Position numbers and translations under genes: made by a program. Positions 12,501 through 26,100 of a DNA stretch of 64,000 nucleotides are shown here, in pieces (position 1 is the stretch's first letter; the number at the start of each line of letters is the position of its first letter). The DNA lies in contig NW_002060958.1 of assembly GCF_000150275.1 (NCBI RefSeq), positions 266,897 through 330,896 on the forward strand. Reading direction: 5' to 3'. The stretch is from Trichoplax adhaerens. Taxonomy: Eukaryota > Animalia > Placozoa. Under the pieces are notes generated by a model. It saw only the letters and a program-made list of their open reading frames with translations, was not told where the DNA came from and searched no databases.

Positions 12501-15374
12501 GAAAGCCCAACAAGCTACGATAAACAAATAATATTTTGACGACGGCTAATTAGCCAAAGTCATTTAGTAAAAAAAATCGATAAGTCGCGTTGCTATGATA
12601 ACATATAAGCTATCCCTAACTTTTTCAAGTAAAGCAGCTTGAATTTACAAGCTACATACGCACCTATAGAAATTGCTAAAGATATTGAGATTTTTATCAC
12701 GCGTCGTAATGGATTTTCAAAGTGTCATTAAGCGCGTACATAAATTATCCTATGCTATATTTGAGCAAGCTTTAACATGCAATAAAAGTTGATCATTAAA
12801 GGAAATGATATCGTTTATGACCTATTCTCGACGATGCCTTACGGTAATGTTTTTATTGCCTAATCAATACTTCTGGTGTTCAGCTATTAAGAAGATTTGC
12901 AGTATACTGTAGGGTTAACGTTTACTTTGATTTTGAAACAAAGATGAACCGAATTAGACAAGGTTTTACAGTCAGTTCACTTTCCATTGAAATATGTTCA
13001 CAACAATCTTATTTTTCATGACTTTGCTGAATAGAGAGCACTATAAAGTGAGGTATCTAGATGATCATGGGCCATATCAATCGATACTGCAATGATTATG
13101 GTCAGGGTATCGCTCCTTACTTAAGGGCGTTGAAGGGCATCGTAATGCTGTTTACAAGTATTATGATTAATGTGGCTTTACAATATTGTACAGTAATGGT
13201 GGCAATTTACATGTTACAGCAAGCTAAGTCAGTGGTAAAGTCAATTCGGAGGTTGTGATCAAAGCCGCTGACTGTTGTATGATAATGCTCACGGTATACT
13301 TATAATTTAGGCTATATCCTGGAATGACTAAATAATGCCAAAGTACAATACAGTAGTGGCCTACTGCTATGATTGCATACTGTAACCTGTTTTATAGTAG
13401 TTCTCTTTACTCTACAAACAAACCAAAAGCAGAATTGTTATTACAACTTGTAATTTCAACAGTAGCCGGTGTCTGTTGCAAAGTGACGTTGTTATTACTG
13501 TACTGTTACAATTCATTCCAAGACTGGACTGAAACATACAAATTCATTCTGCCTTGGATATCTTTCCTTTAAGATCAACGTGGAAATGGACGATCAGTAC
13601 GACCATTAAATCAATCTGTTTTAAATATAGTAGTACCCAGCTATTACCGGGATATATATAATGTCGAATGGTAATACTATCTGTTAATTATTAATAAATG
13701 GGTACATTATCGTAAACCGTCAGCAAAGCGACGGGAGTTTGGACTAGTATATACTAAATGATCCAATTTATTCAAACATTGCCACTCTAGTTATATTATA
13801 TTAAGTACAGTACTTGTAGTTTAGTTAATGTTTTCTGATGGAGTTTATAAAAAGCGAACGAGGCCTTGGACTGTTATTAAAATCTCCCAATTTTAAGATT
13901 AGCTATTGCAATACTGTAAGTTGACCATTTGTGGAGAACATTTCTATCAATGAATAACACATGCCTTTGGCAATCATTTTAACGTCTACATTTTGTCCTA
14001 ATTAAAGCATTTTCAAGAATACCCTAAATTAATAGAAGATTTTATCAACGTGCTACTGAATAGGTATACTACAGTATGGTTTCAATTCAATCAGTTAATG
14101 AAAATTATTACGTTCTATCGATCACTCAATGCTATTACAGATGAATGTGTAAGAAAACATCTCTCCATTGGACTAATAGTAAATTAGGACATTTTGAAGA
14201 GGCAAATTGTTGTAGCCTTAAAAGAAACTGATGTTTGCAATACTATCCTATGTTGATCGAATTAAAAATGAATCAAACCATAGTTACCAGGAAAATTAGT
14301 GATCATTAATTCATCAGTAACTTAGTATTGAGTATCCTGGTGCTTTAATTAGGGCAAGAAAAGGCAGTCAAAGATAGAAGTGTCAATGTTTCCATGTCTT
14401 GAGTTCATCTTTTACCACATATTAGTAGTAAAGGATGATTCTTGTCTCCTTTCTATGACATGGATGAATAGGTATTGTAGTCTGGTGGGTAGAAAGCCAG
14501 TATCGGTATGTGGTCAATATCGATGACTATCCGTGTCAAGTCGTGTTCAAAGAAGAAAAATGAGCAAAATGTCACTGATTGCTTATCCATCCTTTCTATT
14601 GACTTGGCATAGACTATAATGAAAATAAGTATAAGAAGGGAAAGGAGATATGCAGTTGGTCTTTTGGTTTAAATTGTGCCAAGTCTCGTCTGGCAAGAAA
14701 AGGAGTAGAAAGCCTACGTTAGTATGGCTTGCCATCATGATTGTTAGACGATGCAAAGAAAAAAAAGATTGTTGAAATGTATGATATCGCTGCAAAAATG
14801 TGGTGAGAATAATCAGTCCATGGGATAAAGTACAGTAAGAAATGCAATCGATTGGAAGCTGAATTGAATCATAAAAATTAGTCTACCTCCTGCAGTAACT
14901 GGTAAGAAAGGATTGAAGTATGGGTGATGTTGTTTTCTAGGTGATGATAACATGTTATCCATGGCTATACTGTACTATCGATTAGGAGAATTCAATGTAG
15001 ACCCCAATGGGATATTCGTCTACTGGCAATCTCTAACTAGGGTAGGCTAATTTTATCGAGAGTGAATATGGTTGGTATTGGATAATTAGGGTAGAGTAGA
15101 CCTTAACAATGATTGCCACTTTGTCAGTCATGGGAGTATTTCTAGTTTGGACAAGTATCAACATTGGAGTGAGTGATCGAGATCGTTGATACCATGACTA
15201 GGTGTGAATTAACTGGTCACTGTCTGTCTCTCTCTCGCTTACCCCTTGATCACCAAATGTAGAAGCCCATTGCTGCATGTCTTCCACAGTAATAAAGCCT
15301 TTGCCATGCTCGTCTAATGCTCGAATGACTGAATTTAATCGCAATCGCAGTGGAAGCTCCTCTTCTTCTGCCAT
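6512..15374 (-). CDS. RAB11FIP4: Rab11 family-interacting protein, class II (FIP3/FIP4/nuf-like): EF-hands, coiled coil, C-terminal Rab11-binding domain
   Basis: Exon 1 (15374-15243) reads RLNSVIRALDEHGKGFITVEDM and exon 2 (11930-11837) reads EIIRSLDPEGRGRFDYEEF, forming an EF-hand pair. A 36-nt exon lies at 9763-9728. The C-terminal exons give SLAAELEFASKDE|LMEALKQQEDTNSRMRTYLDSLLAVVMEKDPTLLEI (FIP-RBD). Stop TAA at 6514-6512. Probably a co-ortholog of FIP3 and FIP4. Confidence 0.9.
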
Positions 15375-15939
15375 AATGGTTGGGGTCAATGCAACAAGCT
15401 TACCACCTTACAGTAATTATACAGGCTGACAAGATTGACAACAGCCAATAAACTCTACTGTAGACGTTCAATGATGCCTTGCTTGCTTTCTCCTACCAAT
15501 GCAATCCAATTCAAGGTAAAATACAAGAGTCAAGCAGTGAAAAATGGATCCAATGGAGTGGGACAAGATTGGATTTTCTTCAGTGAAATTTTTCAATTTC
15601 CTTTGATGGCGCAAGTTGAGGATGGAAGCAGTGAGCCAATGGAGTGCGTCAACTGCAATGATTTCAGTCGCTTGTGAGTCATTCGCCTAGAAAACGAACT
15701 TGCTTCTCAACAATAGCATGAGTCAACCAAGGCACGATTGACGGTCGAGATCAGCGTCAACAATGACTGACTGCATTGTTGCCTACTGTTTAATGCAGTC
15801 AGTCGTTGACAACAATATCAACGCATTGTGTGTGTGTGTATACTGATACATCTGTCTAGGGCCACGCCAATGCCAATATTGTCCGCCACTCTTCATCTAC
15901 GATTGAATATGTCTACAGTACTGGCATCGAGTGTTCCAT

Positions 15940-16290
15940 GATACAGTACACTAGTGGCAGTATTGATGCTCCACTGCAGATACTGTACAGTGTACAGTAC
16001 GACGTCAGTTGGACACTGGCGCACTGTACTGTACTGTACAGTACGACATCGGTTTGGACACTGACATACTGTACTGTACAGTACACTAGTGGCAGTATTT
16101 ACGCTCCACTCCAGAAACTGCATGATGTACAGTGTACAGTACGACGCCAGTTGGACACTGACGTACTGTACACTATGCTACTGTGCTTGACTCGATACAG
16201 TACAGTACACTAGTGGCAGTATTCACGCTCCACTCCAGAAACTGCATGATGTACTGTACAGTGTACAGTACAGTGTACTGTACACTGAGT
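15940..16290. repeat. Degenerate ~125-135-bp tandem repeat rich in GTAC/TACAGT, in the RAB11FIP-CDK11 divergent spacer
   Basis: CACTAGTGGCAGTATT...GCTCCACT occurs at ~15949, ~16084 and ~16208. TGGACACTG occurs three times. Confidence 0.85.
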
Positions 16291-17860
16291 GTACAGTGGG
16301 ACATTTGTGCAACTCTGATTGACTTGCTGGCTACCGTACTGTGGGATTGAAGGATAGCTTGGAGCAATCGACTCCATTTCAATTTTCAATTTAGAGCAAA
16401 TGCAAAACAAATAACAAGACGTCAATGTTGATTTAATCCTCATCAGTCATCCTCCTTTAAATATAGTATTGGTACATTGAAGTCGAGTACTTTCTAGGGG
16501 TGGGCGGTCGGCGACATGGACATTGGTGTTTTCTTTCAAAATAGCTTGAATGAAAGGTAATTTGCTCGAATAAACAGCACGGCATGTTTGTTTTCTACCA
16601 GTCGGTGTACTAAGTTACGGACTGACAAAAACATGCCAATCAACCAACAACAGTACCACTATTCACGATAGTCAGGTATGTCGAACTAGTACAAATTACA
16701 TTATTGTAGAACTTGAAGCATTACAGTATGATGGTTACAATGCTTGATTTCAACTCGACATTGCATCTATTGCATATCTTCATGCTCGTCGGGCAAATTT
16801 CATTCCACAACTTTCCACTTTTCATACTGCAGTACTATACTGTACACTGTACAGTGTACAGTACAGTACTGCATGCTACCGTCCAGTGTCCAGCGTCCAG
16901 TACATAGTGTAAAAAAAGGACACTATACAGAACAGTGGACAGACTGACGATCTTTACTAGACATTTTGAAATATGGGTAAATGGGTAATGCAGAATAATG
17001 GATTGCAGCTTAGTGTGCGCGATTCTTGTACTCCACTCATTGTACAGTGTAATGTTATCGGATGGTATACAGCACTGGCAAAGGATGCTTCCGATGTGGA
17101 GAGGATGAGATATATTTTATTCGTATCTTAGAGAGAGAAAATCAACAAGACTCTGAGGAAAGTTTCGGTTGCATCAGACTGAGCGCCCATTGCACAGTAC
17201 GAGTACGCGCAGTGGCGGTCTACTGTGCAGTATATTGTTATACAGTACTGTACTGTACAGTACGTTGGATATGATACTTCATTATGTTACATGGACTGTA
17301 TAATAAGTGTATATACAGTGATGGAGGCCACTGACGGATTGCCGGACAGATCGTCATTCATTACAGATTGAAGGCGCTGATGGTGATCATGGACATCTAG
17401 GCTGTAACGTACAGTACAGGGTAGCTTCAAATTGCCGGCCATTGAAATGATATCAAGACATAATTTTAAGACTAAATTGAACAAATTTGGTATCAAGCGA
17501 TAGCCTAGATGTTTAAAATTTCAAATTTGGTAACAAAAATTGTAAAAATAATCAATTTTTAGGTTCTAATTCTACTTAAAATATCATGAATCTGCAGTAC
17601 GAACTGAAATTTCAGTCCAATCCTTCTAACAAAAGAATAGAGTATGCGTAGATCGTGGTCAATGGCCCCCATACTGTACTGTACTGTACTGTACTGTAGT
17701 ACTACACAGTGTACAATGTACAGTCACGGTAGTTCGTACTGTATCGAACGCACTGGATGCACTGTACTTGGAGTGGTCAAATGCTGTAGGGTATAGTACT
17801 AAAACAACTTCAAACAAGCAGCAGGACGTTAGAAAGGCTAAAATCACACTGCAATCACCA

Positions 17861-20800
17861 ATGGCTACCAAGAAAGCTCAAGAAATGCACAACCAAAATT
17901 TAGATTCTATCAAAGTCAAAACCTTAGAAGAAATACTACAAGAGAAAAGAAATCGATCTAGATCAGACAGTGAAAATATTGCTGAGACAGAAGATTCTCC
18001 AGGTAGCCAATTCTTGACTGATACCATCAACTTCATTACCAAGAGTGTACCGATGTATCATGCATGCTTCTGCCAAGGCTTACATGCTAGCTGTAGAAAT
18101 ACACAGTTGGAAAGTCATCAACGGATCATGCTGGAAATTATAATCTGTAGCTTGTTATTTTCTTATAACTTAGCTAGAACATGATATGGGACTTTTAGCT
18201 TTACATTACTACTATTATTATCGCGACTGCTACCATAACAAATTGAGTCCATCTTTCTTGATGCAGTCATCCATTCCTGTCCAAATGGTCAATTCAGACT
18301 TTCATATAGTATCAATGTCATTTGAAAATAGCTAAAGCGTATTCCGATGATATACTGATACTGTACAATCTTGATTCAAAGAATATGTCTGAGATATCCT
18401 TCATCTTATTGACCATGTTAAAATCTATCATATCAACAAGAAGGACAATTGAATTGTTGGCAACACAGACCCTAGCGATTGGATAACATTTTAAAAAATG
18501 ACGTACAAATAAATATCTTTTGCGCCGTAGTTAGCAATTTACTCGTGTAATACTCCAGCTGCTTCCGTTGTAGCAATCTTAACGTTTTCACTTTTTACTT
18601 AACAGACGTAACCTCCGACACTAAAGATGAAACTACATCTGCAGCTTTAGAGCTAGACGAAGGAGAGATTATTAGCAGCGGCGAAGAAAATTTAAACCAT
18701 ATCGATGATACAAAACCTACCAAGCGAAATCATGCAAGTCAGAATGATGAATTAGATGATTATGAAGAGGGAGAAATCAAGGATAGAGACGAAGTTGAAC
18801 GAAAAGAAGAATTTGTGCCAGCCGCAGATTCGTCTATCATTTCTAACCGGCAAATAAGCACAACTAGTAGTCGAAAACGAGATGATAGAGGTAAGCATGA
18901 CGTCAATTTGAATTGAACCAAGACAAATAAAGGCAATTAACACAATTTTACCTGTACCGTACATATTCAATACTGCATTGCACTGACGCTGTAATAGCTG
19001 GCTCTATTTTATTGTACCCTCAGTTATTGCAATGCTAGAAAGCTTGATAATGTGTCTATTAGTTCGACTTCGAGAAAGTACCATGATAGTCGGTCGTTCT
19101 CCTCGTAGCGTCATTAAATATACCCAGTAGCCAAAGGATACGTAAACAAATCAGCTCTTCAACTATTAACTAGTATGCGGTATTATAACCACAGCTTTAA
19201 CAGGTCATCGTTCTTCCGAAAAAGATATACATACTTCCAGATATCATTACGAAAGAGAAAGAGATCGCGATCGAGAGCGTGAAAGAGAGAGCGAAAGAAA
19301 TCGTGACAGTCGTTACTCCAGTGATCGTGATAGATTTTCTGCACGCAGTCAGCGACGTGTAGGCGAAAGATCTCACAAATACCATGCTGATGATTCTCGA
19401 AGTGATCGATACAAATCAAGTGAACGATCTTCCAGATCTCATTATAGCGATAGATATCATCGGGAAAGTTCATCCGATAGCAAATCTCCTAAATATTTCG
19501 ATAGCAAAGGGAGAGAAAGCCGAAAAGAATTGACAGATAATTTATACAATACTACAGATAAATCACCTATCCCCAATAAAGTTGAAAGAGAAGAGTAAGA
19601 TATTTACAGCAAAATAAAATCTACTAATTTATAATCACTCACTTTCCATGATCCTATCATAATATATCAACCTTTCTCTTTAGGACGTTAATTCGCCACG
19701 ATAAATTAAAAACCGACATTAGAGCTAGTAGCAATCTTTTACCAGCTGCTGAGACAATGGAAGTTGTAGATGTAGAATTAAGTAGCGAAGAAAGCGATCA
19801 AGATAATCTCATCAACGAGGAGCGTTCTATCATCGAGGTTAGTTGAACATGGATAATCTTTTGAAATTACTATTATTAACATGCTGGAGCAATAGCCAAT
19901 CCATATTTTTGCACGAAAAAGGACGAAGACGAGGAGAATGAACATAATGATGAATCGATAAAAAGTACTGATCTTGATGGAAGTATTGCTGATGAGCAAG
20001 GCCCTGAATCAGGTTCCGATGGTGAAAAGGGTATGCCACTATGTAGCCTTAATAGTTGTAATGCTTTCCAATAGTTGAGACTGAATATTGTTATTGATGC
20101 TATGTAGCTTACATTTCTGCCAATACTGTATATTAATGATTCAGAAGCAGAATTACCACCTTACCTTCCTGCCGTCCAGGGCTGTAGAAGTGTTGAAGCG
20201 TTTGAATGGCTAAACAGAATTGAAGAAGGTACTTATGGAGTGGTTTATCGAGCTAAGGACTTAAAATCAGGTACATATCATCGTGTATATAGATTAGGAC
20301 TTGTATTCGTCTTAATTAAAAGAATTTCTTGGTGAGATAATGAAAATTTTCCGTTGCAGACGAAGTTGTTGCCTTAAAACGATTAAAAATGGAAAAAGAA
20401 AGAGAAGGTTTTCCGATTACTTCCTTAAGGGAGATTAATACATTATTAAAAGCAGATCATCCGAATATTGTACACGTTAGAGTAAGTTTTGGTGATATAC
20501 AGTATTTCAAACTTAAAAGAAATATTCGCACCTATATGGATAAACGTCTCACACAGTTCCATTTACTGCACTTTGTGATACATTACTAGGAGATAGTAGT
20601 TGGTAGCAATATGGATAAGATCTATATTGTAATGGAGTACGTTGAACATGACTTAAAGACTTTAATGGAATCGATGTCACAACCTTTCAGCATTAGTAAG
20701 TTTTAAATTTTGCTATTAATTAATTAATCGGTAGACGAACAATTGCAAGTATTACCACCATTTTCCTAGGTGAAGTGAAATGCTTAATGAAGCAGTTATT

Positions 20801-22236
20801 ATCCGCTGTCCAACATTTACATGATAACTGGATCTTACATCGTGACCTGAAAACTTCCAATTTACTTCTCAGCCATCAAGGCATTTTAAAAGTAGGCTAC
20901 TGAAGCTGCAGTACTATCTTTACCCCATTATAATTCTCCATGTTAATATTTTACTTATGACTTTGCGATAGGTTGGAGATTTTGGTTTGGCTAGAGAGTA
21001 TGGATCTCCTCTAAAAGTTTACACTTCTATTGTGGTAACTTTATGGTATCGTTGCCCTGAACTACTTCTGGGTGTAAAGGTAACTATATAGTGATGACGT
21101 CTTGATAGTAAATGATGTTATGATCCTTAGGATTTTACCATTACTGTTATTATCAATATTGTTTTATACGTTTATGCTATGTACTAAGTACTGTTTTATA
21201 TTTTAGGAGTATTCTACTGCTGTTGATATGTGGTCTGTTGGCTGTATTTTTGGTGAATTTCTCGTAAAGAAGCCATTATTTCCGGGAAAATCAGAAATTG
21301 ATCAGTTGAACAAGATTTTTAAGGTAAGATTGATTCAAACTACGCCAAGTCTTTCGACTCGTAACATGAAAAGTTCAATCATTCGCTTTATAGGACTTAG
21401 GCACCCCTAATGATCAAATATGGTCTGGATTTTCTGAATTGCCAGTTGCAAAGAAGGTTATAAGGACACTATTACTTATTTCAAATTGTCGTAATGTAAA
21501 CAATTGTACACGTAATGCATGTTACTGACTAAATTAAACCCATATGGTAGGTAACTTTTACGGAACAGCCGTACAACAGACTTAGAGATAGATTTGGAGC
21601 CTATTTAACTGATCAAGGATTTGATTTATTAAATAGGTAATAGAATTATTAATAATATATTGATGATTTCACATGCTAATCCTTGTTGCCATTAGCGCTA
21701 GAAACTCAATATCATTTTTGCTAAAAATCTTTCATCAGATTTTTGACTTACGATCCGAAAAAGAGAATATCAGCCGAGGATGCGCTCAATCACGAATATT
21801 TTCAGGTAGTCAATATTGAAAGTTGTAGACTGTCGGATTACTTATGTTCAAAATTGTAATAATTCAAGTAAATACTGTATTATGCCCTCTACAGCAAGAG
21901 CCCCGACCTCTAGATCCCTCAATGTTTCCAACCTGGCCCGCCAAAAGTGAACTGATGAAACGCCCTAGTAAAGCTAATCGAAGCCCGACCGCTCCGGAGG
22001 GAGGCGGCATGTGTAAAGTAATTAATTCAATTCAGTGACAGACAATCCATCTTCGTAAATGACGTAGTAAACTAAGTACAAATTCACTACCTAATCCGTA
22101 ATTCTAAAGTAACAATTATACGTAATAGGACGATGAAATCGAATCTCAGATTGCAGGCGCTGCAGATGGTTTCAGAATTACCTACGCTACGCAAGGAAAA
22201 GCTGCTGGTGGTGCTGGATTTAATCTCAAATTTTAA
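17861..22236 (+). CDS. CDK11: Cyclin-dependent kinase 11 (PITSLRE kinase)
   Basis: N-terminal [12 protein letters not shown] followed by an R/E/D/S-rich region. Kinase exons give [64 protein letters not shown] and [12 protein letters not shown]. The protein ends GFNLKF* (TAA 22234-22236). Confidence 0.97.
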
Positions 22237-23176
22237 TTATCAGGTTACCATGAAGAGTAGCTTTGAAAGCAATCCTTTAATTAAAAGAGCAATGTTAGTA
22301 ACACAAAAGCTTGCAACAACGTTCTAGATGATGCTATTAAATCGGAAAGCGAGTATCGATGACTTTAGGGAGACTTAAGTCGGAGTAAAAATTGCATGAA
22401 CTAAAGTTATGTAAATATTTAAATTGAAATTGAAAGTAATTAAGCGGTTCCTGATCTACGAATCAAATTATTTGTATTCACCTAAATTTCTAAAGTAGAG
22501 ACTTCTACTTTGACTTTTCGGCAAAAAATTCATAATATTAATAATTTTTCTAATCTGTAACCAGTTCATTTTTTGTTATCACGGTAAAAAGCAAAGCAAT
22601 AATACTTTAAAGTGTCATTACCGTTGATGTACCACGCACGGCGCTCCTTATTTATACTAGGTTATCGTTTCTACCACAGCAAATGTTGACAGTGTAGTTG
22701 AGATTTGATAACTGATCGTTTTTGCATGAGGTATAGTATCTGCTGATTCTTGAGAGAGCATTAGCAAATAATGGATATCAAATTGAAGAGTTACTTTTAA
22801 ATTGCATAGCAATTTGGGGCCTAACAGAAAGATATCTAAGTGAAATCTTAACTTGCGAAATTTCGGTCGTTAGCGTATTAAAGTTCCTATATTGCCGATG
22901 TTTATAGAGCCCATAGAGTTAATAGTTTACACCGTTTATTTGATAATTATATGTATACTGTGTTACGGGATATGTGCATACATTTTATTCCCGCGAATGT
23001 AAATGTTACATAGTTTAATAGTATAAAGTATAGAAATGTGTACATTCAATTTTTTTAGAAATATAGATCATAGCAATCGTATCATACATTTGTTTAACAA
23101 GATGATGATCTATGTATGCGTATTATGTGAATACTCAGTCAGACTTTACTATGAAATAAAAACTTTAACGTTATTT

Positions 23177-26100
23177 TTAATGTGCTTCCTTGTTAATTGG
23201 CCATTTAAAGTTATACCCTTCTTGTAGTTTACGCTGGCGAATTTCTTCTTGTTGGAGTTGCTCCTTACTGCCCTGCAATATGAATGCAAATTGTAAGGAA
23301 ATTAAATGACGTTATTAGAGCGTACTCAGTTTAAAGGCCGAGATCTCGAAAATTCGTTCTGCTCTATCTACTAATAAATTTATCAGTGTTAGTATATCGT
23401 TATAACTTTGCACTTTACAAAATTCCCTATCATTGCCCAAGAATCAATCATTAAATCTGACCCATTAGCTGAACCGTAAAACTGACTCAACAAAGTATAA
23501 TTACCGTATGTAAAATTATTCGTTACTTAGCTTTTAGCATTAGCGATGTTATATAAACTTAGCTCAGCCAAGTATGATTACGGTATGTACAGGACTGTTA
23601 CTCTTTGCTTAGCATTCAGTATAAGGGATGTTTTATCATTAGCACGATGTCTTACAAATAAAGTCTTTATGGCATTTTCCAAATTTTGTTTTTCTTTGTT
23701 TGTTAGCGTTTTATCATCCCCCATGTCATCATTATTGACGGTAATTATTCGCACTTCCACGTCAGCTGTAATAGCGTTAGTTATAAACTTTAAGCAACTT
23801 TCTAAACACGCAGTATTGCTATCTTTATAGACAGCAAGCTTTATACGCATTTTTAAAACTTACCAGGGTTTATTTTCATGCCTTTCAATACACTTTTTAC
23901 AAATTTGACAATTTCGTTGGATCTTTTATCAGTTTTTGATGAAGTACCAATGCTTTCTTCATTTGCATTTCGATCAATCTCATCTTGCTGATCAGGTACA
24001 GTATTCTTTTTAGGTGCTTCTACACAATGTATAAAAGATAAAGAAAAAAAAATGACAATTACTGGCGGCGCTATCATCCTTATTCGGCAACGTATTCTTG
24101 CTAGTTCGCTATTTATTGCCAATATTACAAAAATTAAAGCTCTTGCACAAATAAACACTGATCCCTTAGCTATGGCAATTTATACAGTAATACTTTACCG
24201 ATAATTCGTGATAGTTTCAATTTCAATTTTGAAGATATTACTTTTAAGATATGGGTCATTCTATCGATCGCGTTTAACTGAAAGTTGCTCGACAACTTAG
24301 AACGTTTTAAATCTATGTTTTTATTGGCACCATCCTGTTGATGCTCATCATTAGACTCCAATACATCTTTTTTGGTCTCAGTTGGAGTTATTTCATCTAT
24401 TTTTTCAGCTTCATGATATTTCATTAATATAGTTCGATACTTTCGTAATAAGTACTTCAACTCTTCAATGTATATCATTTTCATATAAAGTTCTAGATAT
24501 CGATCAGAACCACTCTTTTTGGAAATCAATTTCGAGCTGCGATCCAAAGCGGCATTCTGGATGAGATTGTCATGTTTATCACTCCATTTTTCCTCACCAA
24601 GTTGTTTAATTATTGTTGAAGATTTCGAAGTTGCCGATGGTTTGTTACCGTTTGCAAGTCGATAACTGAGTTTGTCTTCAGTCGTGATTGTTTGTGTGCT
24701 CTTTCCAGAATTAACGATGTCATTTACAATCTGCCAGTAACGCTGAACGCTATTACCTTCATTCGGTCTTTCCCGAGCAGTACATTGTTTAAATGTTCCT
24801 TTTTTGATACCGCTCCTATTGGCTGCGTCATTAGTTTTAGCTTTCGCTGCAACCTGGGAATCAAGTTTAGAATATAATAAGGTACCGATAAATGAGAGAT
24901 CTTTAACATCTAAAACGTGATCAGTCTTCTAGGACTTACGATATCTTTCACAATTTGCTTATATTGTTGAACACTATTAAGATGTTTATTATTGTTTGCC
25001 ATATCATTATTCTTACTAGGTACTGTTTCTATAACGCAATGAGATGATTACAAGAGAGTAGAGTTAAAAGCAAACGTAATTAAGAAGTACATTTATAATC
25101 TATCTAGTTCGAATTAGAAATCGTAATCCAAAAACCCTATGTAGTTACCTTTTATCATCTGCTGATAATTGCTATATTCCACAGCATTTAAAACAGGTGA
25201 ACAACTGATAGGTCGAGGTTTTACCGCGGCTTTAGGTCTAAGTGATGGGTGCTGACACAGTAGAGGAGTAAATATATTGATAACATAAACACATTCAGTT
25301 GGTTCAGAAATACGGCCAATATAATTTTCGCTATCTTCTTCACAATATAGCTATAAAGTAGAAAATGTTAACGTAGTATTTAATGAGTAATTTATAACCA
25401 GTTAGTAAATAGACATTATGTCTTTGAGTACGAATACCCTCTCAATAAAATGTCAGTGCAGTATATCAATTGCTATGACGATAGCATGTTATTTGCATAC
25501 TTTAATCTGAGTCTGTCTGGCTTTATTTGTAGAATCGCAAACGCTTCCATTGGTATACATTTGTGAGTGATACCGTTGTAGTTCATGTAATGTCTAATCA
25601 GTAATGAAATAGTAAGGTCATGAAAATAGTAAAAATTGAAGAGGCACATAGTATTAATAACAAAGTGAGATAATGATGAAAATACATAATAAGTTCCTGT
25701 ATTGCCAATAAGATGAAATCACCAGAGAAGCTGCAATAATGCACATTTAATTATTACACTACTAAGTCTAGTACACCAATACCTCATCTTCTTTACTCCA
25801 ATCTTTCTCCGATTCAAACGATCCAAGACTGATAATATCGCCCGTAATTTCATCATCTAATGGACAAGACAGCAAGAGCAAATAGTCAAGTAGTTGGCAA
25901 AAGGGTCCATTTATCAGTAAAAAGTCAATAACAACAATAACATCATTACCTTGAATATGGTACTGTTCTATCCTATCATTATAGCAAAATTTATACGTCC
26001 ACCATCCTTTACTCTATAAACAAAATAGATATATTAAACACAGCATTTTTGTCGATAATACTCGTATCTTTAAAATTTTAAGTGTTTTCATTCGAAGTTC

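Noticed and set aside
15949-16225. CACTAGTGGCAG as CTCF sites
   Set aside because: The motif is one base short of the CTCF core spacing, and CTCF is considered bilaterian-restricted.
15893-17871. Many short ORFs rich in Y/C/T/V/Q (also at 52785-53037 and 63287-63697)
   Set aside because: They are translations of GTAC low-complexity repeats on both strands, with no domain or splice support.
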